From NCBI GenBank assembly GCA_951406725.2, contig OX597819.1, positions 100,130,001 to 100,194,000 on the forward strand: a stretch of DNA of 64,000 nt, in the 5' to 3' direction. The position numbers and the translations under genes were made by a program. The DNA is from Octopus vulgaris. Its lineage: Eukaryota. The notes under the pieces were generated by a model. That model was not told the origin of the DNA and searched no databases. It worked only from the letters and a program-made list of their open reading frames with translations. Of this stretch, positions 43,780 through 55,763 are shown in pieces. How positions within the stretch are numbered: position 1 is the stretch's first letter; every line of letters starts with the position of its first letter.

Positions 43780-44290
43780 AACCCTCCAACGCGGAGTACA
43801 GGCCACTTATAATTGAATTCCATGTCACATAATTTTTCGCTTCTGTACTTATACTCTGCCATGAATGTCCCCCTTTCTCTAGTTTCTTTTGTGTTGATCT
43901 ACGCCACGAGGTCTTAGGCCTACCTCTCCTTCTATATCCATCCGGATTCCACTGTAAAGCATTTTCGCTACATTTGGTGTGTCTTTTCTAATTGTGCTAC
44001 CAATCCACTTCCACTTTTTCTTAAATATTTGCTCCCTAATCGAAAGTTGATTTGTTCTTTGCCATAGCTCCATATTGCTTATGTGTTCGGGCCATCTAAT
44101 TTTAAGTATACTACGCAAGCATCTGTTGATGAATGATTGTATTTGCTTATTTGACTTAACTGTTGTTTGCCATGTCTCAGCCCCATACAATAACACCGCT
44201 TTTACGTTAGTGTTAAAACTTCTTAATTTGTTCTTTATTGAAAGTACACTTGCGCTCCATATTTTTTCAACCATTTCATATTTATTTTTC
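43780..44290 (-). mobile_element. RTE-clade LINE 3' fragment
   Basis: [46 protein letters not shown]. Confidence 0.85.
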
Positions 44291-45036
44291 AGGCATAACG
44301 TCTTTAAGACTATATTAACTTATATGTCCTTCATTTTTTGAAGACAAGATATACTCCAAAGAAGATTAGACTTGGTTTTCTTCTTGATTTAATGATTTTG
44401 TAGTTTCTTCTTGTCTGTCTCGACTTAGCAGAGATGAAGTTTGTTCCTGTCACCAATAGGCGTCACAGTATATTTCACCAAATTAAAAGGTTTGCTGAAA
44501 AGTACAATCCTATAATAAATGTGAAGAGTGAAAAGGAAATCAAGTTTTAGTCTTCTATAGTAATTTCATTTACGGTTTATATGATGCATATAGGAATATT
44601 AGAACTTAAATAAATAAAGAGAACTTAATAGGTCATCGACTGGTAGTTAGTTTAATGTATTACCCCAGGAACGATGGAAGTCAAAGAAAACTAAATACCG
44701 TACGATTATTGTATGTCCTGCTATCTATTCTGCTAATCTGCTTCTTAGCCAGTTGTATTCATACCATTATTTTTTTTTCATAATTACAAAGGTTGTAACA
44801 TCAAGATGTATTTATTACAGTTATATTTTTAAATAGAGAATTCCGAAAGGCTATGTAAATGGCGCTCTAAATCCTCCTCAACATCATCAGCATCATCAAG
44901 ATCATATACATCTCCATCTTCCTCATCATCATCGTCATCGTCAAAAACCACCACCACCACCGCCACCACCATTGCCGCCGCCGCCACCGCCACCACCATT
45001 GCCGCCGCCGCCGCCGCCGCACAAACCACCACCACC

Positions 45037-45067
<31 letters not shown>

Positions 45068-46013
45068 CATCCAACACCGTATACTGCAACAGCAGCTATA
45101 CTATAGATTCATAACATTTCCTATAACATGTTAATAACTCTGCGTTATATGAAATAATATTCATGAATGATGTAACAAAATTATGTACAAGACTTGCAAC
45201 AGGAACGGCAATATCAACAGCAACAACAACAACAATAACAAAACAACAACAACTATAGTTAGAATAGCCCTAGCGATAACAACATCAAGTTTAACACAAG
45301 AATAAATTTTTAAAAAGCACATAATAGAATAATACAAACAAATACAAGTACAACAACAAAAAACAACACTATCAGTCAATCACAAGAACATAACAACAGC
45401 TACAAGAACGACTGCAACTACAAGAACACCAATAATAGGGAAAATACCAACACTAACACTAATACCAAAAGGAATATAACAGCAATTCATATAGAACATG
45501 TGTTATCGCTATTTTATATCAAATGCTATAACCCTACTTCATTTTATGATGTAGTGAAACTCGTTACAACCTGCAGCTGCTCTCTTAACATAATCAATGG
45601 TCTTATCAAAACTCAAACATGCATTTTTCAAACACCATTTCTCCAAGAATTATGTAGCTATGGAGTACTTTTTTATTCTCTTGTTATGGTGGTGGGTACT
45701 GTTGTTCTTATCGCTGTAGTTTTCTTCATATTGTTGTTATTTAGTTCTTGTTGTACGATGATATTTTGCACTTGCTATTGTGATCTTATAGCTATTGGAT
45801 GATTGGGGCATCATATATGCATTCATACATACATGCATACATATATACATACATACATACATACATACATACATACATACATACATACATACATACATAC
45901 ATACATGCATACATATATACCTTCATGCATATATATATATATATATATATATACATACAGGCACGTGCATGCATACACAATTATAAAAACATTCATTCAC
46001 ATATGTACGTATA

Positions 46014-46044
<31 letters not shown>

Positions 46045-46142
46045 TGATAAAACGGTAAGATAACAAAAGAAAGAAAGAGACCTCAATATTATGTAAATAG
46101 AGGAAATTTATCTATACAATATGTTACATTACTCGGTAGTCA

Positions 46143-46205
46143 AGATAAAACTCTGAGTTTCAGATGCCGAAGTGGAAATCCACAACACCATCTCTTCGGT
46201 TATCT
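46143..46205 (-). ncRNA. Hammerhead-like motif, PLE-2 inverted copy
   Basis: Reverse complement of 50976-51038. Confidence 0.65.
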
Positions 46206-46400
46206 GGCTATTTGAAAACGTTATGAAAAAATACCGTTAAAAATGAAGGGAAATTACTCTGTTATAACTCTGCTTTGCCTGCGTACTTATACATCGCTCG
46301 CATTTTTCGTCATAAAAATTATATAAAAATACATAAAAAATATATAAAAATATATAAAAATATATAAAATCTTCTTGGGACATAACACAGAAAGCATGTT

Positions 46401-48390
46401 CTATCCGTTTTCTTTAGGGGACCAAAAACGTAACAGAAATTTAGTCACATGTGGGCATGATCCGAAAAGTTCTGTCCTTGTATTTAGACATGTGGTAGGG
46501 TCTAAGCTGCTTTTCCAGATAAGCCATCTCTCCATGTCGCATAAACCGCACCTTCCGCTGCCGTTAGTATAGGGCTTACATCTGGCCAAAATCTTCCATT
46601 GTATGTTATAATCGACACCTTTATCTCTTAAAGACCAAATATGATTGGATAATTGTGTCGCTTTTCTTTTGTTCCAGTGCCTAAAGCTCAAAGTGTGGTT
46701 ATTGAACCTGGCCTTGAAATTACCCTCTGTCAGGCCCACGTATTTCTTCGTCAAAACGGTGTCTTTAGTGGTTATAGAGTTTACGGTAGCCTCATATATG
46801 ATGGTCTTGGACATGCAAGCTCCATTTAGCGGGCACAATTCTTTATTCCTGCATGAACAGCTGTTTTCTTCTTGTGTTTTTTGTATGTTATGATTGATTA
46901 TGTTTTTAAAATTGGTAGTTGAACTAAAACTAATTTTTAAATTGTGTCTATTGAAGAGTTTCCTATAAGCATGGTTAACTGGAAAATGTCTATCTATCAG
47001 TGCTAGGAAATATTTACCTATATTGAAGGCCACCTCGGGTGAGTAAGGGGGCGTAAACCAGATGACCTTCCTATTTCTATTATTCCTTTTCCTTATTGTT
47101 GGGCTGGTGATAGGTGTATATTTTATTTTTCGCTAAAACCACTATCTTTTAAAGCTTTATTATAAACTGGGGCAACGCTATTGAAGATGTCCTCATTAGA
47201 TGAGAGGCTAGAAATCCTCTTACTAATATTTTTAACTAAATTTTTGAATACTATAGGGGGATGGCATGAACCTACATTAATATAACTTAGTCTATCATTG
47301 GGCTTCCTATAAGGCTTATAAATATTATTATTAAGATCTAAGGAAACGTCTAAGAAATTGACAACCGTCAGGTTAGTGTCTATAGTTATACTAAGTCCGA
47401 AGTGTTTCATTAACTGGATAATATCCTTCCTAAAACGATCTTGTGCTGGTCCATTTGTATTAGCTGTTAAGGCGAGGGCATCATCTTTGTAGATGGCGAA
47501 ATGTACGTTAGGGAATGTCTTACTGAAGGTATCTAGGAGAAAGAGTCCAATTAGATCACAGATGCCTGCCCCATCATATGAACCCATGCTCACATCGAAA
47601 GCGCCCTCCGTGTCGGTGTTTTTTACCCACTTTGCATTCTCACTGAAAAGTAATGTCTTTCTAGCATGGAAGATTATATCCTTATCATTGGTACTAATTT
47701 CTATGAAGTCACTAGCGAAGATTAGGGCTTTATCTAGCAGTTCTTTAGAGATAGAGGCATAAAAATCAACAATATCGAATTGTGTAAACCTCGCTTTTTT
47801 CTTATTCTTAATAGCTTTAAACCAGTCTACGACTTCTATACTATTGGACCATTGCACTAGCCTAGTATCGGTCTTAATTTTCGTATTTATTTTATCTAAA
47901 ATTTCTTTGCTAATAATCCCTAGTTCTGACTTGGCTGGGTTGATAAGCCTACATTTAGGATTGGAAAGGAAGTTTTCTTTGTGGTCTTTAATAGTAATAA
48001 AGGCCTCTTTTTGGGGAGGGTTTCTATTTTTTTATCTAATTTAAGTTTAGCGGCGATGACGCTAGCTTCTTTATTAATTTCGTTATATGTCTGTGCCCTA
48101 GCTTTAGTATAATTATTAATGATGCTGTTGTGTAAGAGTTGTGTGTATTTGCTGTTATCTACCAGGTATAAGTTCTTGGTTTTATCCGAAAAAAGTGCTT
48201 TTTTCTTGGAGCTTTTTATATGATCAATATCTTTCTTCAATTTATGTTGGAAATTGTTAAAAGACTTACGAAACTTTATTTTGCTCATGATCTTCAGCAG
48301 GTCCGCTTCGAAATCTTCCAAGCCTTTAATCCTAGGAGGGAATTTTTTGGATTTTATCCGATAGCAAATGTTTTCCTTGGTGTTCGCTTC
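46401..48390 (-). pseudogene. Inverted, 5'-truncated copy of the PLE-2 RT/GIY-YIG ORF
   Basis: ORFs 47920-48420, 47123-47857 and 46401-47033 translate identically to the plus copy. One extra frameshift near 47126. Confidence 0.9.
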
Positions 48391-48449
48391 AACCGAAGAG
48401 ATGGTGTTGTGGATTTCCACTTCGGCATCTGAAACTCAGAGTTTTATCT
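48391..48449 (+). ncRNA. Hammerhead-like motif lacking most of the 5' strand of stem I (at the inversion junction)
   Basis: aa ccgaaga gatg..catc t gaaa ctcagag tt ttatct starts exactly at the junction. Confidence 0.55.
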
Positions 48450-48654
48450 TGACTACCGAGTAATGTAACATATTGTATAGATAAATTTCCTCTATTTACA
48501 TAATATTGAGGTCTCTTTCTTTCTTTTGTTATCTTACCGTTTTATCAATAAATCACCTCCCGGACGACGTTATTCTCAACTAAGAGCTAATACGACCTTT
48601 TTGGGATTATCGCCTAACATCGGTTGAGGACTCTCACAAACAAAAGAATCTAAT

Positions 48655-50780
48655 ATGGACGCATATCACATAGATTATTCTATGAAAAATATACCGATCC
48701 CATCAAAGGATTTTTACTCTAAGAAACTTCTGCAAAAAATTACTGATGTAATTAAGCGTATGAGATGGAAGGCTTTCTTTTTTGACACAGAAGCGAACAC
48801 CAAGGAAAACATTTGCTATCGGATAAAATCCAAAAAATTCCCTCCTAGGATTAAAGGCTTGGAAGATTTCGAAGCGGACCTGCTGAAGATCATGAGCAAA
48901 ATAAAGTTTCGTAAGTCTTTTAACAATTTCCAACATAAATTGAAGAAAGATATTGATCATATAAAAAGCTCCAAGAAAAAAGCACTTTTTTCGGATAAAA
49001 CCAAGAACTTATACCTGGTAGATAACAGCAAATACACACAACTCTTACACAACAGCATCATTAATAATTATACTAAAGCTAGGGCACAGACATATAACGA
49101 AATTAATAAAGAAGCTAGCGTCATCGCCGCTAAACTTAAATTAGATAAAAAAATAGAAACCCTCCCCAAAAAGAGGCCTTTATTACTATTAAAGACCACA
49201 AAGAAAACTTCCTTTCCAATCCTAAATGTAGGCTTATCAACCCAGCCAAGTCAGAACTAGGGATTATTAGCAAAGAAATTTTAGATAAAATAAATACGAA
49301 AATTAAGACCGATACTAGGCTAGTGCAATGGTCCAATAGTATAGAAGTCGTAGACTGGTTTAAAGCTATTAAGAATAAGAAAAAAGCGAGGTTTACACAA
49401 TTCGATATTGTTGATTTTTATGCCTCTATCTCTAAAGAACTGCTAGATAAAGCCCTAATCTTCGCTAGTGACTTCATAGAAATTAGTACCAATGATAAGG
49501 ATATAATCTTCCATGCTAGAAAGACATTACTTTTCAGTGAGAATGCAAAGTGGGTAAAAAACACCGACACGGAGGGCGCTTTCGATGTGAGCATGGGTTC
49601 ATATGATGGGGCAGGCATCTGTGATCTAATTGGACTCTTTCTCCTAGATACCTTCAGTAAGACATTCCCTAACGTACATTTCGCCATCTACAAAGATGAT
49701 GCCCTCGCCTTAACAGCTAATACAAATGGACCAGCACAAGATCGTTTTAGGAAGGATATTATCCAGTTAATGAAACACTTCGGACTTAGTATAACTATAG
49801 ACACTAACCTGACGGTTGTCAATTTCTTAGACGTTTCCTTAGATCTTAATAATAATATTTATAAGCCTTATAGGAAGCCCAATGATAGACTAAGTTATAT
49901 TAATGTAGGTTCATGCCATCCCCCTATAGTATTCAAAAATTTAGTTAAAAATATTAGTAAGAGGATTTCTAGCCTCTCATCTAATGAGGACATCTTCAAT
50001 AGCGTTGCCCCAGTTTATAATAAAGCTTTAAAAGATAGTGGTTTTAGCGAAAAAATAAAATATACACCTATCACCAGCCCAACAATAAGGAAAAGGAATA
50101 ATAGAAATAGGAAGGTCATCTGGTTTACGCCCCCTTACTCACCCGAGGTGGCCTTCAATATAGGTAAATATTTCCTAGCACTGATAGATAGACATTTTCC
50201 AGTTAACCATGCTTATAGGAAACTCTTCAATAGACACAATTTAAAAATTAGTTTTAGTTCAACTACCAATTTTAAAAACATAATCAATCATAACATACAA
50301 AAAACACAAGAAGAAAACAGCTGTTCATGCAGGAATAAAGAATTGTGCCCGCTAAATGGAGCTTGCATGTCCAAGACCATCATATATGAGGCTACCGTAA
50401 ACTCTATAACCACTAAAGACACCGTTTTGACGAAGAAATACGTGGGCCTGACAGAGGGTAATTTCAAGGCCAGGTTCAATAACCACACTTTGAGCTTTAG
50501 GCACTGGAACAAAAGAAAAGCGACACAATTATCCAATCATATTTGGTCTTTAAGAGATAAAGGTGTCGATTATAACATACAATGGAAGATTTTGGCCAGA
50601 TGTAAGCCCTATACTAACGGCAGCGGAAGGTGCGGTTTATGCGACATGGAGAGATGGCTTATCTGGAAAAGCAGCTTAGACCCTACCACATGTCTAAATA
50701 CAAGGACAGAACTTTTCGGATCATGCCCACATGTGACTAAATTTCTGTTACGTTTTTGGTCCCCTAAAGAAAACGGATAG
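48655..50780 (+). CDS. PLE polyprotein: reverse transcriptase plus C-terminal GIY-YIG endonuclease (one frameshift near 49170)
   Basis: YSMKNIPIPS, KRMRWKA, FDIVDFYASI, SMGSYDG, YKDD, NFLDV, WFTPPYS, CSCR..CPLNGAC, IIY..YVG, CGLC, LNTRTE..CPH. Restoring one A gives KKEAFITIKDHKENF. Possibly Nematis-type (from memory, not tested). Confidence 0.9.
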
Positions 50781-50975
50781 AACATGCTTTCTGTGTTATG
50801 TCCCAAGAAGATTTTATATATTTTTATATATTTTTATATATTTTTTATGTATTTTTATATAATTTTTATGACGAAAAATGCGAGCGATGTATAAGTACGC
50901 AGGCAAAGCAGAGTTATAACAGAGTAATTTCCCTTCATTTTTAACGGTATTTTTTCATAACGTTTTCAAATAGCC

Positions 50976-51038
50976 AGATAACCGAAGAGATGGTGTTGTG
51001 GATTTCCACTTCGGCATCTGAAACTCAGAGTTTTATCT
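50976..51038 (+). ncRNA. Hammerhead-like motif (variant core CCGAAGA, extended stem II)
   Basis: agataa ccgaaga gatg-gtgtt-gtgga tt tccac-ttcgg-catc t gaaa ctcagag tt ttatct. Stem I is agataa/ttatct and stem III is the same as in PLE-1. Predicted cut after 51032. Confidence 0.65.
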
Positions 51039-51267
51039 TGACTACCGAGTAATGTAACATATTGTATAGATATATATATATATATATATATATAAATATA
51101 TACATGTATGTATGCATATATATCCACACAGTTGATAAACTGTACTACAGAGCATAAGGTTATTCACACACACACACCACACACGCACTCACACACATAC
51201 ATATATATATACATACATATATACATATATATACATATATATATACATATATACATGTTTATATACA

Positions 51268-51316
<49 letters not shown>

Positions 51317-51849
51317 GAATGTTGGTGGAGTAACTTTTAATGCTGAGTTTTGTTTTCTTTTTAAAGCTACACTTACATTTCTAAACTACATTTTTGCACT
51401 CGGCTTCAAACAATCCCATGAAAGAAATATATATAGCAAATTTATTTCGATTTCAACTCACGTTCAGTAAATACAGCGTTTTTAAGCAGAACTCAGCGTT
51501 CGAGTTGCAAACAATGTTCTTAGTGCCATGAATGTTTTTCTTACCTACTTGAGCTTCCCAATTATGTTGGAGTTCTAGAAGCACTTTAATGACAGACTAC
51601 AGAGGCCGTTGTGTTAGGGTTCAGTTCAGATTTTCTTCTCCATTCGTCAGGTTGGGCAGCTTTTGCCTCCCGTTTTCTGTTTGTTCCCCCTACTGTCACT
51701 CCCCACTGTTCTTTCAAGAATGGTCACTGCAATGCCTTAAAGCGTGTTAGCAGAAGATAAAGTTTTAGTTTTACGTTCTTCATCATTATAGAGGCGGTCA
51801 TTGTCAGGCTAGATAATTCTTGCGAACGTACACGTGTAAGACGTAGTCT

Positions 51850-52200
51850 GTATATGAAATGACTAAAAGGTTGAACCCGCGTATCCTTTCCGGTGCTGCT
51901 GTCCTTTATTTATTTTTTCGCTTCACTGTGAGGGTCCATACCTCGCATGCATACAGGAACATGCAAAGTACCTGTACACTCAAGTATCCGATCTCGTTCT
52001 TCAAATCAGTGCTTCAATCTATCCGTATGAGAGTAAATCTGGCGAATGCATTTAAAGTGTGTTCATTTGTGGCAACGATTTCTGGCCTTGATCCTATATT
52101 ATTACTCTCTCTAGATATTTCAACTGCTGCATCATCTGTATTGTTTGTCCTGAATCTCATTTCACTGTTTTATGACTTCAATGTTATTTCTCCTCTGTTT
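51850..52200 (-). mobile_element. Decayed RTE-like fragment
   Basis: Reverse translation gives SRPEIVA and FLYACEVWTLT. Confidence 0.6.
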
Positions 52201-52372
52201 TTGCTTTTTTTCTCCACCCATCTTTTTTTCTTTTACTTTTCAGACATTGCTTTTTCTCTCTCAAATTTCACAAGATTATCAAGGTGGCTAAATAAGCTAG
52301 TAAAATGTTTCATCTCGCTTCTTTTATATGCTGTAAAATTCAGCATCCTGAGATTAAGATCAACAGCAATGG

Positions 52373-52520
52373 CCGCACCCTTCGCACTCAACGTCAAAAC
52401 CAGAAGTAGAAAGATATACCTTAGGTTAGTTGACAAGCACTTCACACAGCCACGTATACGTACGATTGTTTAACAGACACAACAGGGTCTCTTTCAGCTA
52501 TGCAACAAGCGTTAAGAAAA
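52373..52520 (+). mobile_element. Short decayed PLE fragment
   Basis: PFALNVKT..YLRLVDKHF..LFNRHN resembles PAFNLAVKTNIGKEFLRLVSKHF..IFNRR of PLE-1. Confidence 0.6.
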
Positions 52521-54497
52521 TATTAGTGAAGAGCTCTAGACCACGCGCAGAGGCAAGATAATGATGTTGGGTTAAAAATGAGTGCTCAATGGGGCATCGA
52601 TACAACTGCAAAGCCATGGTCTATGAGGCTAAAGTGGTGCCAGGGAGGAATGGCAGCTGCAGCAGCGTTGGCAGCAGCAACAGAACCAACAGTAACACAA
52701 CGAAAACAGTAGCAACAGCAACGTAACCAACAACAACAGCAACGGAACCAAAAACACTTCCGCCAGTAACAGCAACAGCGACAACAGTCGTAGCAGATGC
52801 GGCGATAGTGGCGGTGGCTGTAGTGGCGAAGGCGCTGTAACACCACCAGCAGCGCATTAGGAAGTAGTGACTGTTACGGTTGCACAAGTGGAGCTACAAT
52901 AACAACAGCATCACCAACAGTGCGTCTGACCGTAGTATCAACAGCGGCAACTGTTGCCGCAAAAACAGCAACAACTGCGGCACTAGAATCCCGTCCAGCA
53001 AAAACAGCAACAACGGCAGCGATGCCTGCAGCAACAATAAAAGCAGTTGCTCCTGCAATGCACTGGTCAATAGCAACAGCAACGGCTGCGATAATGACAG
53101 CAACAACAGCTGCAACACCACCATTATAAGGACACAGACACGGAAATATTTGAGGCTACAGAGGGTCCTTTTTAAGCAATGATATAGCAATCACAAACCC
53201 TCTTTTTGGATACCAGAGAAGCGCAAACCTACATCCTAGGCCAGCTACATGTGGTGTTTAAAAGAGGAAGTATATTATACATAATAATTAAACGGAAGTT
53301 CTTAGAAAAACAGGGGCTGTAGTTCAACAGCATCAAACGATATAAACTTTGCTTGGCCGCAAGTGCAAGAATTATAAAAAAAACTAGCTTGTCTCGGGAA
53401 ACTTCTTAAACTAAAAAAAAATATTTTGTTGGTGGCCTCATCAGTGGAAATTCGTTTTAGGAACATGGAATTCCCGATTACCGACACAGGAAAAGTAATC
53501 GACTATACACTGAGCAATCTTTAGATGCAGCTGGAACCGATTTATTATAAGACAGTAGAAGTTCATTTCGGGATTCTTTGTTTACAACCATCACTGACCA
53601 AACGTTTTCCTCCCTCTAGTTGTAGACAAGTTAAGTGCCTCCGGCCAACGAGTCTAATCAGCACCGTGCATTCCTTAATCACTCCCTCTCTACTGGCAGG
53701 CAGCAACCTTTTTGTCACTATAAAACAAATTTCGCTATCACTACAAGTACTACTGTCTCTAATTACCTGTCGGGCAAACGAATAAATATATGTAAATAAT
53801 ATTTCTTCCTTCTTGGTGTTGATCATTCGATGTTCACTGGTTACTCTGACGTTGGCACAATAATTCACTTGCCCAAACTGAATTGCTGGAGACATTTCAT
53901 TTTTTCCAGAAAAATGTTTTCAAAAAGTTATAAAGGTTTAACGTTCGATCATTTTCACCCAGTCAGGAAACAGTATTTGGAAGCAGTGATTTTGTGCGTG
54001 ACTGAACATTTTGTCGTCAACATCCTGAAAATGCTTGCATTTTTTATATCTTCCGTGAATCTTGCACGGGTCCTGCATGCTACAGATTTATAATTTACTA
54101 ATAATAATATAATAGTAAACGGCGAAATTTTTTAGTTCTCTTCCTGACTATCTTTTGGGGATCTTTCATGTTTGGTTGCCTGCTCAATTTTCAGTTCGAA
54201 TTGATTTCATATTCAGTGTAATGATACACTTTTATAGGCTAATTAATCAAGTGAAAGTAATTTTCGCTATAAAACAATAAATAAAGACTTATTAGTAATT
54301 AAGGCTTGAAAATTTTGGTAAATTTAGTCAATCGTAAGCCACAGACATATTTATGGTTTTCTCTTTTAAATTAACATAAACATTTATTTACAGGTGAGAA
54401 AATTACCGAATACCTTTCGTGCTAAAAATTATAGCTAAAGAAGATTTATTTACATAAAAGAAAATTACCGGTGATGTAAAACGTTGTTTACAAACAT

Positions 54498-55276
54498 TCT
54501 TTTCTTCTCTAGGCACAAGGCCCGAAATTTTGCAGGAGGGGTCCACTCGATTAGATCGACCCCCAGTACGCAACTTGTACTTAATTTATCCACCCTGTAA
54601 GGATGAAAGGCAAAGTCGATCTCGGCGGAATTTGAAGCCAGAACGTAAAGAGAGACAATAATGATTCTCCCAATAATAATGAAGATGATGATGATGATGA
54701 TGATGAGGATGATGATGATGATTATTATAATTTCCCTGTCATTGGCTGAAAAAATCTGGGAATGGGTAAAATTGTTATAGAAAACACCACTACTTAAGTA
54801 CTTTTTATGTTACTTAGAGCGAAAATAAAAGAAAGTAGTGAACGGATGAGCCATGATAAGTATTCTTTTGTAGGAACAAGGCTCGAAGTTTCTGGTGAGG
54901 GGGCCATTCGATTAGATCGACCGCAGTACGCAACTGGTACTTAATTTATCTTCTCCGAAAGGCAAAGTCAGCCTCGGCGGAGTTTGAACTCAGAACGTAG
55001 ACAGAGGAAATACCTATTTCTATTTCTTTACTACCCACAAGGGGCTAAACACAGAGAGGACAAACAAGGACAGTCAGACAGATTAAGTCGATTATATCGA
55101 CCCAAGTACGTAACTGGTACTTATTTAATTGACCCCGAAAGGATGAAAAGCAAAGTCGACCTCGGTGGAATTTGAACTCAGATCGTAACGGCAGACGAAA
55201 TACCTATTTCTTTACTACCCACAAGGGGCTAAACACAGAGAGGACAAATAAGGACAGACAAACCGGATTAAGTCGA
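54498..55276 (-). mobile_element. SINE family B copies (54498-54655, and a multimeric copy at 54865-55276)
   Basis: Reverse-complement core with both tail modules repeated. Confidence 0.8.
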
Positions 55277-55763
55277 TTACTACTACTACTACTACTACTA
55301 CTACTACCACTGCTGCTGCTGCTGCCACTCCGCATCTTTACGTCGCCAGCTGCATTGCAAAAAGTTTTCTTTATAAACACAGAATCTGAGGAACCCACGT
55401 ATCTTTATCAATAAATCATTTGTTTCATTACATGATGTTTGTGGGTGGAAATAGCTGGGATAGTGTAATTGGCAGGGTTGTAGTGGTGGTGATGGTGACT
55501 AAGGCATTGGTGGGCCTAGAGATGACTATGAGGAAATTAGTAGAGAAAGTGCTGCTGTGGAGGGGATAATTGCTGTGGGTGTATAATTGTGTCTGTTGCT
55601 GTTACAGTTGAATCTAATGTTTTGGTAGCAACTGATATACTTTCAGAGTGATGGTGAAGATGTTGTCAGTGACCTCTAGGATCCCATGTGGTCGTATCTA
55701 TTAATCAGGATGTGATGTAAAGGAGTAATGGCCGTCATTTCTAACAGCTCAAGTAACCACATA

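Larger units (their letters stand above)
46042..51072 (+). mobile_element. Penelope-like element PLE-2: full ORF copy with partial tandem pseudo-LTR, preceded by a 2.35 kb inverted copy
   Basis: 46109-48390 is the reverse complement of 48790-51072 (one homopolymer indel noticed). 48391-48483 repeats 50980-51072 directly. (TA)n flanks both ends. Confidence 0.95.

Noticed and set aside
47920-48420. 166 aa ORF with a novel N-terminus MEIHNTISSV
   Set aside because: Chimera created by the inversion junction (antisense ribozyme sequence fused to the PLE ORF).
52586-53190. Cys/Asn/Ala-rich overlapping ORFs
   Set aside because: Degenerate (CAA/CAG)n low-complexity sequence.
53290-54150. Possible DNA-transposon coding remnant on the minus strand
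   Set aside because: No catalytic motif or terminal repeats could be assigned with confidence.
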